The notes under the pieces were generated by a model. It saw only the letters and a list, made by a program, of their open reading frames with translations, made no database searches and was not told the origin of the DNA. The position numbers were made by a program, and so were the translations under genes. Below are positions 1-13,791 of a stretch of DNA of 64,000 nt, one piece after another (the stretch's first letter is position 1; each line of letters opens with the position of its first letter). The stretch is from Azolla caroliniana (taxonomy: Eukaryota > Plantae > Polypodiophyta), in the NCBI GenBank assembly GCA_043228905.1, contig JBHGNT010000008.1:21638001-21702000 (forward strand), in the 5' to 3' direction.

Positions 1-400
1 GGTTTAAATGGTTTGGTTTGGTTTGTTTTAGGTTCAAGTTTGTTTTAACAATTCGGTTTCAATGGTTAGAAACCGCGATTTAAATGGTTTAAATTTTTAT
101 TAATTTTTCATTAAATTTTTTTTTTAAAATTTAAAGATATTATAAAATTTTTTTTAAACAATCTTTTCGTTTTTTAGCCTAACTCTCACATTTTAAGAAA
201 ATCTTTCAATTTTTCAATTTGAATTTTGACCTAAGTTGAAAAACCGAAACCGAACCATGAAACCGCGGATTTAATAGTTTATGGTTTAATGGTTTGGATT
301 TTCTTTTAATGGTTCGGTTTAAATGGTTTCATGGTTTGATTCAAATTTCAAAAAATTTAAACGGTTTTGTTTTGACACTCTTAAATCGAACCAAACTATT
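1..400. repeat. AT-rich segment with clustered GGTTT/AACCG motifs in both orientations; MITE-like or DNA-transposon subterminal remnant
   Basis: Repeated ggtttaaatggttt, aaaccgcg and aaccgaaaccgaacc motifs. No termini or TSD resolved. Confidence 0.35.
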
Positions 401-1666
401 GTCGATTGTTATGTACACTTGAGAACAACAACAAGAAGAAGAACTCTAAAAGCTCACAAAGAAGAAACCCCCAAAATATCAAGTTGAGACAAGAAAAAAA
501 AAAATCCCTAAAGTTTGAACAAGAAAAGAAGAAACCATATTGATACTCTCCAAGACACAAAATGGGGACCTCCTATAAAACCCTAATGGTGCACTTTTGA
601 AACTAAAATGAGCGACCCAAAATAAGGGCTAGTCATCAACTCTTTTTATAAACAAAAAGAGGCACTTAAATTCGGCATCAAATGAGCTTATTCTCTATCG
701 TTCTTCAGAAAAGAAATAAGAATAAATAGTCATTAATCTGCATCGCACTAACAGAGAATCGAACTCTACACCGATAGTAAAAGGTTTATGGCTCAAGTGT
801 GAGTGGACCCCTCTTTTTTTTAAGATTCTACCTTTGGCTTCACCACATCATGACAACAGAGGTCTAAAGGGGGTGGGTGGGGTGAGAGTGGGTGTCAAGG
901 TGTGGAGGGATGCGATGGGTATAAGGGAAAGGGATTAGAAAGACGGTGGGAAGTGTAGAAGGAGTTGGGTGCATGACAACGAGTGGGCTGGTGTTATAGG
1001 CATAACCTTACATACCAACTCTATAACAAATTTTAATGGGTTAATGGTAGGATACTTGGGAAACTTGACATCCTAGGAACTGGGACAAACCCATATGAAC
1101 CTACGACACATGGAAATATATGTCGTGGTCTAAGAGCCTTAGTTGTTGAGCTATAAAAGAGGACTAGCTATCCCCTTCACTGCGACATCTTGAGAGGTTG
1201 TTGAGACTCTATTGGTGAGAACACGTTCACGTTCACAAATGGAAGGATCGCGCACAAATGGAAGGATAAGGAATATTCCGTCTGATTTTGGGTCTTTTTT
1301 TGCCATTTCACAAAACACCTTGATACTAGTATCACATGTTCTCAAAAACTTGATGAAAAAGCTAAAATTTTCACCATTTCGTAAAATTGAAAAATAATTT
1401 TATTATTTTTATTAATATTATTATTTTTCCAAAAAAAACTCCTTCCATTAGTTATAAAATTTTACAAATGAGGCGATTATGTACAATTCCCTAAAGGGAC
1501 GCGATAGTTCCATCTAATGTGGAAGCCCACTAACTCAAGAAAGGGAGAGGATGACCATTGTTGGATGAAGGCTATGCGTTGTCTTTCAACTCCCTCGGAG
1601 CCACCTTTAAGGCCATCATATTGGCTTTTCAGAGTGGCTACAATTTCACTCCATATCTCTTGCAGT

Positions 1667-2052
1667 TGTTGGCCGGTCAGAAGAGCAAGGACAAGGGGGA
1701 AGGCGGAATCGGATCGGATAATAGGAAGTAATAGTAGAATTATTATTCGGAGGGACGGATTCGGTACAGTTGTACCGATCCGGATCCGAACCGATTCGGA
1801 TGTCGGTTGCCTAAGCGCACCGATTGTAACCTTGCCGGATGCCTATAAAAGGATCCGATGATTTGTAAAGTGTTTTGACGGAAGTAATACAAGAGTAATT
1901 ATTGTGTATTTATCTGTATTTCGTATTGTTTGCCGTCCGTGCTTAATTGTAATCATCTTATGCGTGTAACCTAGCATCCAATCCTTACCACCCCTTTGGA
2001 GAAGTGTTGGGTAGACACCTGTGTTGAGGCTAGTCGGGCCAGACAGACAACA
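1667..2052 (+). repeat. 5' LTR of gypsy A1
   Basis: TGTTG...CAACA, TATAAAA at about 1844, similar to the A2 LTR 3' half, followed by a PBS (tRNA-Arg-like, inferred). Confidence 0.85.
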
Positions 2053-2104
2053 CTATTTTGGCGACCACGATTCCTGCAAAGTGCAGAGGACAACCGGGGG
2101 ATGG

Positions 2105-5100
2105 ATGTCTAGACCAAACGACGACCACATCACCGAACGAGGGAGACGATACACCGAACGCGAGCAACGACGGGAAGCCCTGCAGCAAGCCGTCGACGAG
2201 ATCCGGCGGGATCGGTCATTCTCCAAAACTCTTCGGAGAGTCGTAGAAGAAGCACTACAGTTCCGGGTTCTGCAAATCCCCGACGAAGGCAGTAGCATAA
2301 CAAGCCTGCAAGAGGCGGAAACGATACTGCAGACGCTCGCCGCGGGCGACGGGGACTCGGAAGCATTCGCAACACTTGAGGCGGAGTTGGAAAGCGACGG
2401 AAGCGTTGCATCCCGGTATAAAAGCAGCCACGACACACCAAATGACCGGGAGGACGAGGGGTCGGAAGACTCAGTAACACCGGCGCCAGAGGAAGAAATA
2501 ACCCTGGAATTCGGTGACCGGCAACTGCCGAGGAAGGCTGACCGGATACCGACAACAACCGCGAGGGAACCGAAGGAGCGGATTCCGACAACACCCGCGG
2601 AGGAACCAACGGACCGGACACCGGCAACACCCGCGGAGGAACCAAAGGTTCTCACACCAACGCCAACAGCAGACAGAGAACGGAGGGAACAGGAGAGTCA
2701 GTTGGACGACACGATGCCGTACCCATACCCAAAGTACCGGGATGAGGCCGACGCGGAGGCACACGTGTACGCATTCCTCCAAACATGGGAAGCCAACCAT
2801 ATCTCCCAAAGACTGACGGAGCCCGAAGCCGAACGATCCAAAATCGCCGATTTCGGCATAACCTTAGAAGGACCGGCGGCCCAATGGCACGCAAAGCACT
2901 TACCAGGCACCTTTGCCACATTCGATGCCTTGAAGGTCAGATTCCTTAGGTTTTTTCACAGACAATTTGAGCAAAGGGAATTGGTCGGGCAGTTCTACAC
3001 CACCCGGCAGGAAGAAAACGAGACTATGCCACAATTCATCATTCGGTTCCAGACCCTGCATAGCCAACTGACAAGAGCACCACCCGAAGACGAAGCCAAA
3101 GCAGTCTTTCTGGCCGCACTGAAAGAGCCACTTCGAACAATGTGCGGAGTCCTTGATTTCCAAACCAGCACAATGGACCAAGTTATTGATCGGGTTTTGG
3201 AAATGGACAAGACTAGCCCCTTCTTGTCGATGGGGATGTTACACCGGGCACTCCCAAAAGAGGAAGACCTGAGGTTCCGACAGGCCTTACAATGTACAAC
3301 ATGCCTAAATTCGGGGCACTCAACAGTAGACTGCACCCTGCGGACACAATGTGTGATCTGCAACTCTCGAGCCCATACAACGGACCGATGCGAATACAAC
3401 CTGTTAAATCGACAGGCAGCACCGGTTCGACACATAGAACCGCGCAATCAGAACCCGGACGAGGATCGATTCCGGAGAGATGACCGCTACCAACGCGAAC
3501 GCGGTAACAGATACGCTGATAGAAGACGCGACAACTATGACCGAGAGGAGGGATGTAGAGATAGCTACCCCCGGGACCGGTATGACAGAGACGAATCCCC
3601 GAAAGACGACAGACGCGGAGAAGAGAGGCGACAAGGATACGCTGATAGAAGACGCGAAAACTATGACCGAGAGGAGAGACGCAAAGAAAGCTACCCCCGA
3701 GACCGGTACGACCGAGACGGAGCCCCAAAATACGACCGACGCGGAGAAGAGAGGCGACAAGGGAACCGAAATTTCCGACGGAATCAGAAGCGTGGATTTT
3801 TCCGAAGAGAGGAACGTCGGGAGGCAGCAAGGAATGACAACCCGGTATCCGTACTGGATAACCGAAAAACCGAAGACGACCGCCGGAGCATACCCACCCT
3901 CCAAACCGGGGACAAAGGAGAAACGAGCAACAATCACAAGGTGTACTGTTATTACTGCCGCAAGGAAGGCCACTATAGTAACCAATGCCCAAGCAAAAGC
4001 TATGACAAGCAGCCGGAAGTCAACATGGTTACAGCCGAAATAACAGAAGTACAGCAGGTCACAACCCGGTCAAAGGGAAAGACCGCCGAGTGGGAGGCCC
4101 AGGAGGCAATCAGAAAACAAGCGACACAATGGATCAAGGAGGCCAATGAAAAAAATGCGGCAGAAGTAAGAGACCAAAATATGCCAGAAGACGAAGAAAT
4201 CATACAGCCAGGCGAGAACCCGACGTGGCAAGCGCTACAGGACTGTCAAATCGTGCTGCCGTTAGTGCCACGATTTACGGCAGACCTACAGGCATCCGTC
4301 AGCAAACCGAAGCCGACGCCAGCACCGACATTCTTCTCCAACCCGGAGGAAGGACCAGCGGTGGTCGATACAAGTAGCCCGGCAATCACGACAATCGTGA
4401 AAGGAAAGGAAATTGCTGGAACGATTATTGACGGAGGCTCCGGGGTAAATGTCATCAGCCAACAGACATGCAACGACCTGGGCATCCGGGAATGGGAACC
4501 ATGCCCCTTCTGGTTACGCATGGCGGATACTAGCTCAGTCCGATCGACCGGGCTTATCCGGGATTTGGAAATCACGATCGAAGGCCACGTATTCCGGATA
4601 TCGGCCGTGGTGCTGCAGCTGAATGTACAAGGCGCGTACCCCTTATTGCTAGGACGACCATGGCTGCGAACGGCGCATATCAAGCAGAACTGGCAAAAGA
4701 ACATGATCACATTCCAGCGAGGGAAAACAAAGGTACGAGTAACGACGCAACCACGGGTGATCACCAGTAAGGAAGCAACTCCATTGTATGCGGAAAGCAT
4801 TAACATGTTGGAGGGATTACCGGACGAGGAAGTCGAGCGGTACCTAGAGGAACACCCACGAATCGTCCCACTATTTGAGGTGGATATTACGGCGGCAGTA
4901 GAACCGTACATTACGACGCCGGAAGAACCGGACCAAGCGGCGATCCGGGAACTACGACAAGCGCAGGAATCCCTAGAGAGGGAAATGACGATATCCCAGA
5001 GGGTAAAAGCATCCCAACTCGAGGAGGTGGACCTCGGCACAGCAGACAAGCCCCAACCAGTAAATGTTGCAAAGGAATTGCCGAAGGAAGAAAAGAAGGC

Positions 5101-6627
5101 AATGGTAGCATTGTTAACAGACTTCAAGGATGTGTTCGCGTGGTCGTACGAAGACATGCGAGGGCTGGACCCCCAGCTCTATTAGCACCAAATTCACCTA
5201 AGTACGGACGCGAAACCGATTGCTCAACGCAGGTACCGGATGAATCCGAATTATGCGGCAAAGGTGAAGGAGGAAATTGATAAGCTCCTCCGGGTCGGAT
5301 TTATCCAACCGGTCAAGCAGGCAACCTGGCTGAGTCCGATAGTGGTGGTCCCGAAAAAGAACGGAAAAATCCAGGTATGCGTGGACTACCAAAAACTAAA
5401 TGCCGCGACAGTGACCGATGCGTTTCCACTACCATTTACGGACGGGGTGTTAGATGCGGTAGCCGGGCACGAAGTTTACCGCTTCCTGGATGGATTTAGC
5501 GGCTACAACCAAATACGAATGAACCCGACCAACCAAGAGAAGACAGCATTCGTGACGGAATGGGGAGTGTTCGTCGCGGTCGTGATGATGTTCGGACTAA
5601 AGACGGCTCCAGCGACCTTTCAAAGGATAATAATGGAAATTTTCGGGGAATATATCCCCGGTTTTATGCAGGTCTTCCTTGACGATTTCGCGGTCTACAG
5701 CCGGCACGGAGAGCATCTCGATCACCTCCGACTGTGCTTGGAGAAGTGCCGCGAGTACCGATTGAGTCTGAATCCGGCCAAGTGCGTCTTTGGAGTGGCA
5801 AGCGGCAACTTGCTAGGGCACGTGGTGAGTAAGGAAGGAATCGCGGTAGATCCGGATAAATTCAAGGCGATTCTCGATGCACCAGCACCAAGTAACGCAA
5901 AGGATTTAAGCCGGTTCCTGGGCCAAATAAGGTGGCATAACCGGATGATACGGCACCTCGCGGACTTCGCTACACCGTTACATACCGCCGTACATAGGGT
6001 ACCCTTCCTATGGGCAGAGACGGAGGAGGAAGCCTACAAAGCGTTGAAGGTCATGCTGTCGCAAGCTCCGGTGGTGCAACCGCCGGATTGGAGTAAAAGC
6101 TTTCACGTCTTCGTCGACGCGTCGGACGTAGCAATCGGCAGCGTTCTGATGCAACTCACAGAGCCGAAATGGTACCGACCGGTGTACTACGCAAGCCGGA
6201 AACTCTCAAAAGCCGAACGGAATTACTCTACGACGGAACGCGAGGCATTGGGAATGGTGTATAGTGTCACAAAGTACAGGCACTATCTGCTCGGAAGGAA
6301 GTTTTCCTTCCATGTCGACCATTCGGCACTACTCTACCTGGTCTCGAAGGCATCCCTGACGGGAAAAATTGCACGGTGGACACTGCTACTACAGGAATTT
6401 GAATTCGACATTTTCCACCGACTCGGGGCGCAGCATGCGGTAGCGGACTATCTAAGCAGACTTGAATTCGGAGAAGCAGGGGACGGCGTCCAGGATGAGT
6501 TTCCCAACGCCGAATTGTTCCGGATCACGACGAAACCGGCAACGGATACAACGGTAGCCGACGAAGACACATGGCTAACTGAGATGCACCAGTTCCTGAG
6601 CACCGGAGTTCCCCGGACAACATGGAC
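2105..6627 (+). pseudogene. Single-frame gag-pol of gypsy A1 with a premature TAG at 5183-5185
   Basis: CCHC knuckle CYYCRKEGHYSNQC, protease IIDGGSG, RT FLDD, RNase H VDASD...NYSTTERE. ORFs 2021-5185 and 5240-6733 share a frame. Confidence 0.92.
3510..3761 (+). repeat. 126-bp (42-codon) tandem duplication in the R/D-rich gag region
   Basis: GATACGCTGATAGAAGACGCG... at 3510 and 3636. Confidence 0.9.
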
Positions 6628-7590
6628 CAGTAACCTTGTTGGATGGGTGGTTTGGTTGGAGAAGACTCGCCTACATCGTTGTTTCCATAGAATCCAAAGG
6701 GTTATTGGGCTGACCAATTCCAACACCTCTTGAGATTTGTCATTAAGAGGAAAATAGTGAACATTGTCGCTGGAGGAGAAAAGAACCTCTTGTGCTTTTC
6801 TCACCAAAGTCATCCCCTCCTCCTGATGTCACCGGCCGGCAAAGGAGTCCAGAGTGGGAAACGGAGAGTTAATTAAGTAGTAGGAATGTGGTTGTCATTA
6901 AGCTATGAGTGTGGACGGACGGACCGGAAACGGTATGCCGTTCCGGATCCGGACCGATCCCGAATAGGTGCGGCTGGTCTCGAAGGCATCCCTGACGGGA
7001 AAAATTGCACGGTGGACACTGCTACTACAGGAATTTGAATTCGACATTTTCCACCGACTTGGGGCGCAGCATGCGGTAGCGGACTATCTAAGCGGACTTG
7101 AATTCGGAGAAGCAGGGGACGGCGTCCAGGATGAGTTTCCCAACGCCGAATTGTTCCGGATCACGACGAAACCGGCAACGGATACAACGGTAGCCGACGA
7201 AGACACATGGCTAACTGAGATGCACCAGTTCCTGAGCACCGGAGTTCCCCCGGACAACATGGACCAGTAACCTTGTTGGATGGGTGGTTTGGTTGGAGAA
7301 GACTCGCCTACATCGTTGTTTCCATAGAATCCAAAGGGTTATTGGGCTGACCAATTCCAACACCTCTTGAGATTTGTCATTAAGAGGAAAATAGTGGACA
7401 TTGTCGCTGGAGGAGAAAAGAACCTCTTGTGCTTTTATCACCAAAGTCATCCCCTCCTCCTGATGTTACCGGCCGGCAAAGGAGTCCAGAGTGGGAAACG
7501 GAGAGTTAATTAAGTAGTAGGAATGTGGTTGTCATTAAGCTATGAGTGTGGACGGACGGATCGGAAACGGTATGCCGTTCCGGATCCGGA
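6338..7590 (+). repeat. About 636-bp tandem duplication of a chimeric unit (A1 RNase H end + LINE piece + start of A2 LTR)
   Basis: CTGGTCTCGAAGGCATCCC at 6338 and 6974; LTR starts at 6827 and 7464; few substitutions between copies. Confidence 0.92.
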
Positions 7591-7593
7591 TGG

Positions 7594-10500
7594 ATGTCTA
7601 GATCAACGCATGACCTGGTTACAAATCGAACTCGACGCCTTACCGAAAGGCAAAGGAGACGCGAGGCTTTCCAGCAAGCGGTGCAGGAAATTAGAGCGGA
7701 TCGCTCGTTTTCCAACGTAATCCGGAGAGTAGCGGAGGACTCCCTCTGGTTACAGCAAACATCGCACCCGGACAATGGCAGCTGCCTAAGCAGCCTCCGG
7801 GAAACCGAATCCCTTCTCCACGCGTTGGCAAACGAAGAAGGCGAAGCAGAAGCCTTTTCAGCATATGAATCAGACTCCTAAGGGGAATACAGCGTGCACA
7901 CGAACTACCGTAGCAGCAACAAAACCCCGGGCGGACCGGAGGACGAAGGATCAGATACTTTACCGACACCGGAACCGGAAGTGCTAACGCTGGAACCCCC
8001 GGAACCAACAGAGGAAGAACGACCTCCGACACCGGAAGTCGAAGAGGAGAGGCCTCCGTCACCAAAGGAAGAGGAAAAACAACCAACGCCAGAAACAAAT
8101 CGGGAAAGACCACCGACGCCGGAGAAAATTCTGGAACGAGCACCAACACTACCAGCCCGCGCACCGATACTGGACGACGACATGTCGTTCCAGTACTCCA
8201 AGTATAGAGATGATCCGGGCGCGGAAGCTCATGTGCACGCCTTTGAACAGACATGGGAAGCCAACCATGTGTCCCAGCGATTGACACCGGAGGAAGAAGA
8301 ACGCACTAAGATAGCGGAATTTGGCGTCACATTGGAGGGACCGGCAGCAAGATGGCGCCGGACGTAGGACCCGTCTACCATCAACACCTTTGCAGATTTA
8401 AAAGCTAAATTCTTGCATTTTTTTCAAAAGGAGGTGGACCAGACCGTAATGGTAGGCTTATTTTATACCTTCCGGCAAGAGGCAGGGGAGAGCATTCCTC
8501 AATTTGTCATCCGGTTTCATTGGATGCATAGTCAGCTTGCCCGCGCACCTCCGGAAGAGGAATTACGAACTATATAATTAACGCGCTCCGGGAACCCCTA
8601 CGCACAGTTTGCACGGTAATCGACTTCCGCACAAGTACCATCGACCAGGTCATTGACCGGGTGAGAGAGATGGAAAAGACAAGCTCCTGGCTCACACTGG
8701 GAGCACTTCAACGGGCGTTACCATCCGATGAAGACCTCCGGTTTCGGCAAGCAATACAGTGCACAACCTGCTTGAATTCCGAACACTCGGCTCTAGAATG
8801 CACTATGAGGACGCAATGTGTAATCTGTCAATCCAAGAGCCATACGAGGGATAGGTGCGAGTATAATCTGTTGAATCGGCAAGCACCGCCCGTCCGACAA
8901 ATTGAGCCACGCAGCAGCTGGGATGAAGAAGACGAACGCTGGCGGCGAATGAACCGTGACCGACCGGCACAGGATGTCCGGTATGGCGAGTGACGGGAAA
9001 ATGATGTCCGGTATGGCGATCGACGGGAAATTGTTGTCCGGTACGGTGATCGGCGGCATAACTATGACCGGCATGATTGGTACCAGGATTACAATAGACG
9101 ATACAAACATTACGACCGGGAGCACTCCCTCGGGTATCGTTAGCAACGGGAGGAATACGGTAGATATAACGGGCAACCCCGTCAAGAGTACCGTAATAAG
9201 AAGAGCTATAACAAAAAACGGCATTTTAAAAAAGGCGGCTACCCCCGGGATCCGGAACAAGGAGCTCCAAGTAGCCAACCGGTACAAAACCCCGCGCGTG
9301 CCGTAGGACCTGCCCCGGGTACAACAGACAATGCCGAATCTAGCAATACCCGGAAGGCCTACTGCTACTACTGCCGACAGGAAGGCCATTATAGTAACCA
9401 ATGCTCGGTGAAGAGCTATGAAAAACGACCGGCGGTAAATATGGTAGTCCCTGAGGTGGCGGATCTGCAGCAGGTGACGACAAGGTCGAAGGGCATGGCC
9501 AAAGAATGGGAGACACAGGAGACCATCCGGAAACAAGCAACGGAATGGGTAAAGAAAGCAAACGAGCAGAATGTCATAGACTTACAGCAGCAAAAGGAGA
9601 ACACCGTAGGGCTTGCCGGCGGTAGTCAGTCCGAGAACAAGACATGGTAGGCGTTGCAAGAATGCCAGATTACGTTACCACTAGGAAGACTCCTACAACT
9701 CGTGCCAAGATTCATGGAAGGACTGAAGACGGCCATGACGACATGAGAACCATCACCGGCACCGGTACTCTTCTCGAATCCGGAGGAGGGACCAACGATG
9801 GTGGACACCAGCAGTCCGGTAATCACTGCCATTGTGAAAGGGAAAGAACTCCCCGGCACAGTTATAGACGGAGGCTCTGGGGTGAATGTAATAAGCCTCC
9901 GGACGTGTGATGACCTAGGAATCCACGAGTGGGAGCCGTGTCTGTTCTGGTTGCGGATGGCCGATACAAGCTCAGTGCGGCCGACAGGAAATTAGAAGTC
10001 ACCGTCAACGGTCATACATTTCACATCTCGGCCGTAGTGCTACAATTACAGGCACAAGGCGCATACCCGCTATTGCTGGGGCGGTCATGGTTGAAAACGG
10101 CACATATCAAACAGAATTGGCGAAAAAATATAATTACCTTCCGGCGAGGAAAAGCCAAGGTACGGGTACCAACACAGCCAAGGACGAGCACTGGCAAGGA
10201 ATGTACACCGTTGTATGCGGAATGTGTCAACATGCTAGAAGGGTTAGAGGACGAAGAAGAAGCTCAATACCTGCAGGAAAACCCGAAGATCATACCCCTC
10301 TTCGAAATTGACATTGCCGAAGCAGTAGCACCATACTTACCGCAATCGGAAGAGGCTGAAGCAGAACCGGATAAAGACGCAATCCGGGAGTTACGGCAAG
10401 CGCAGGAAGCGTTGGAACGGGAAATGGCCGTTTCACAGTGCGTGAAAGCGTCGCAACTGGAAGAGGTGAACCTAGGCACCACGGACGAAGCAAAACCGGT

Positions 10501-13398
10501 GCACATCGCCAAGGAGATGAAGTCCAAAGACAAAACGGCGATGATAACACTTCTCACGGAATTTCGCGATGTGTTCGCCTAGTCCTACGAAGATATGCGA
10601 GGACTCGACCCTCAGTTATACCAGCATCAAGTGCACTTGAGCAAGGACGCAAAACCAGTGGCACAAAGACGGTACCGGATGAATCCCAATTATGCCGCCA
10701 AAGTCAAGGACGAAATCGACAAACTCTAAGAGTTGGCCTTATCCGTCCGGTAAAGAAAGTGACATGGCTGAGCCCGATCGTAGTCGTACCGAAGAAGCAC
10801 GGAAAAATTCGAGTTTGCGTGGACTACCGGAAACTCAATGGGGCTACGGTAACGGATGCGTTTCCACTTCCGTTCACAGATGGAGTGTTGGATGCCGTCG
10901 CCGGCCATGAGGTCTATAGCTTCTTAGACGGATTCAACGGGTATAATCAGATCCGGATGCACCCCGACGACCAAGAGAAAACGACATTCGTCACCGAATG
11001 GGGGGTCTTTGTGGCCGTGGTGATGATGTTCGGACTCAAAATGGCACCGGCAACATTTCAACGAATCATCATGGAAATCTTTGGTGAATATATACCGGCT
11101 TTTATGCAGGTTTTCCATGACGATTTCGCCGTCTATAGCCGGGAGGAGGACCATTTTCAGCACCTCCGTCTTTGTCTAGAAAAGTGTAGAGCGTACCGGC
11201 TAAGCTTGAATCCGGCAATGTGTGTATTTGGCATGTCCAGTGGAACTTTATTAGGACATATTGTGAGCCAGGAAGGTATTGCAGTCAACCCGAACAAAGT
11301 GAAAGCCATATTAGAAGCACCGGCGCCGGCAACGGCAAAGGCATTAAGCCGGTTCCTACGCCAGATCCGGTGGCACAGCCGGATGCTCCGATACTTGGTC
11401 GACTTGGCTACACCGTTGCATGCCGCCGTACATTGGACACCATTCCAGTGGACCGACACTGAGGATAGGGCGTATAAGGCCCTCAAGGTACTATTGTCGC
11501 AGGCACCGGTAGTACAACCCCCGGATTGGAATAAAGAATTTCACGTGTTCGTGGACGCCTCCGACATCGCAATCGGAAGCGTACTTATGCAGCTTACGGA
11601 GCCAAAGTGGTACCGGCCAGTGTACTATGCCAGCCGAAAGCTATCCCAAACAGAACGAAACTACTCTACCACGGAATGGGAAGCTCTAGGGATGATCTAT
11701 AGTGTGACAAAGTTTCGGCACTATTTATTGGGGAGGAAGTTTTCCTTCCATGTAGATCATTCGGCACTCCTTTACCTGGTGTCCAAGGCGTCACTCACCG
11801 GCTAATTGGCCCGGTGGACCTTATTGTTACAGGAGTTCGAGTTTGAAATATTCCACCGACCTGGTATACAGCATGCCGTAGCGGATTACTTAAGCCGATT
11901 GGAGTCTGGAGAGACGGGTGACGGAGTACCGGATGAGTTTCCGGATGCGGAGCTGTTTCGAGTCACTACGGAGACGGCAGCAGATGAGACGGTGGCCCAG
12001 GAAGACAAGTGGCTCACAAATATGCACTAGTTTCTGAGCACAGGACTGCCTCCGGAAGAGCTGAACCGGGACGAACGGAAACTCCTGGCGGTGCAAAGCC
12101 GACATTTCTGCTTACTGCAAGACACACTATACCACAAGGGTGCGGACGGCATATGGAGACGGGCGGTGCGCAGCGATGAAAAGGAACTGATACTGAGGGA
12201 AGCCCACTGCGGAGTTGCCGGAGGTCACTATGCCGGAGATACGATGGCCAGAAAAATATGGCAAAGTGGCCTATGGTGGGCAACGACATTAAGAGATGCG
12301 GTACGGTACGCAAAAGAATGTGACCTATGCCAGAGAATGGGCCAACCAACGGAGCAGGCTCGTATGCCACACCAGCCGGTACTACCACTCGAGCCATTCC
12401 AAAAGTGGGGGCTGGACTTTGTAGGACCGCTCAAGCCACTGGCAATGAGAACGGGTAATCGGTACGTTATCGTTGCTACGGATTACTGCACAAAATGGGT
12501 GGAGGCCAAAGCTTTATGGGATAACACCGTTGCGTCAACGGCAAAGTTTCTATATGAGTACATCTGGTGCCGTTACGAATGCCCCATTGAATTGATAAGT
12601 GACCAAGGGGGGCACTTTCTCGGACAAGTAGTGGAAAGCCTAACGACCTTCTATGCCGTTGTACACAAACGGAGCACACCTTACTATCCACAGGCGAACG
12701 GTTTAGCGGAATCAACAAACAAGACGCTCCAGAATATCCTCTGGAAGATCGTCAACGAAAACCGGACGGATTGGGACACATAGCTACATAGCGCGCTTTG
12801 GGCATACCGGACGGCATACAAAACGAGCATCCGAACAACACCGTTCCGGTTGGCGTTCGGACTCGAGGCGGTCATGCCGGTAGAATTCCAAGTAACTAGC
12901 TTACGGATCCAGCTACGGGAAAGGCTGAATGAGAAGGAGTCGGAGGCAATAAGGTTGACAGCGATGTCTGAGCTCGAGGAACAACGACTGGCCAGCATCC
13001 TACATTTAGAATTGGAGCAACGCAGACGAAAAGCATTTGTCGACCGACACAGGAAAGGTAACGAAAAAATGTTCGCAATCGGCAAACCGGTGTTAGTATT
13101 CCAAACCTGGATGGGCAAGATGCCAAGTCAACCACGGTTTAGATGGACCGGACCATATTGGCTAACACGGGAGTATAATGGGTCCTACTAGTTAGGGACA
13201 CTTGCCGGCGAAGTGCTAGGCAAATGGGTCAACGGATTCCGGTTAAAGGCATATAGAGGACCGATGCCTAAGAACCCATTTGAGCGAAGGACCGACACCA
13301 GTGAGGGAAACGGCAACCACCAAGACGACATAGAAGGCGAGCCGGTAACTAGGGAGAATGAGGCCGGTAAGGGTCCGAGAGGACCAACGGACAAGTGA
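7594..13398 (+). pseudogene. Degenerate gag-pol of gypsy A2
   Basis: PR VIDGGSG, RT, RH, integrase HHCC (EAHCGVAGGH...CDLCQ), WGLDFVG, ISDQG, GLAESTN, WTGPY; many stops and frameshifts. Confidence 0.92.
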
Positions 13399-13791
13399 CG
13401 TCACACTAATAATAATAATAACTAAAACTAAAAATAAAAAAATAAAAAAATAAAAAAAACAATCATGCAAAAGCGAGGAATGAATGAATGAAAGAGTGTG
13501 GAGCGAAAAGGTACGTAGTGGGCATTTAAAGCGCCACCACAGGACATAATGCTATTTTAAGTACGCGACATGCACACACTCGAAAAAGGCGCCAGAATGC
13601 ACAGACAAAAACCATTGCGCGTAGAGACCCTCTACTTTCGCGAACCCAGGAGCACAGAAGCACCAAGACGTTGCAAGATCATTAGACGAGAACCTGCGCA
13701 TAGAGAACCCCCGCCTTCTGAACTCTCTCTTTCTCAACCCCACTCTCATCACCATCCATCCTCGCCACCGCAATCCGACCCCGACATAGAG

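Larger units (their letters stand above)
1667..6627 (+). mobile_element. Gypsy A1 (non-chromovirus, Athila-like), 3'-truncated: integrase and 3' LTR deleted
   Basis: 5' LTR TG..CA at 1667-2052; PBS-like TGGCGACCAC at about 2059; gag-PR-RT-RH. Left flank GCAGT, with CAGT retained at the right junction. Confidence 0.9.

Noticed and set aside
1020-1219. Old LTR flanking the small TIR element (with 20281-20493)
   Set aside because: TATA-region similarity to the gypsy B LTR is suggestive, but no termini could be fixed.
2053-5157. Many long antisense or overlapping ORFs in the GC-rich gag-pol regions (also 36000-40400 and 52000-57600)
   Set aside because: Shadow ORFs caused by codon bias, with no recognisable motifs.
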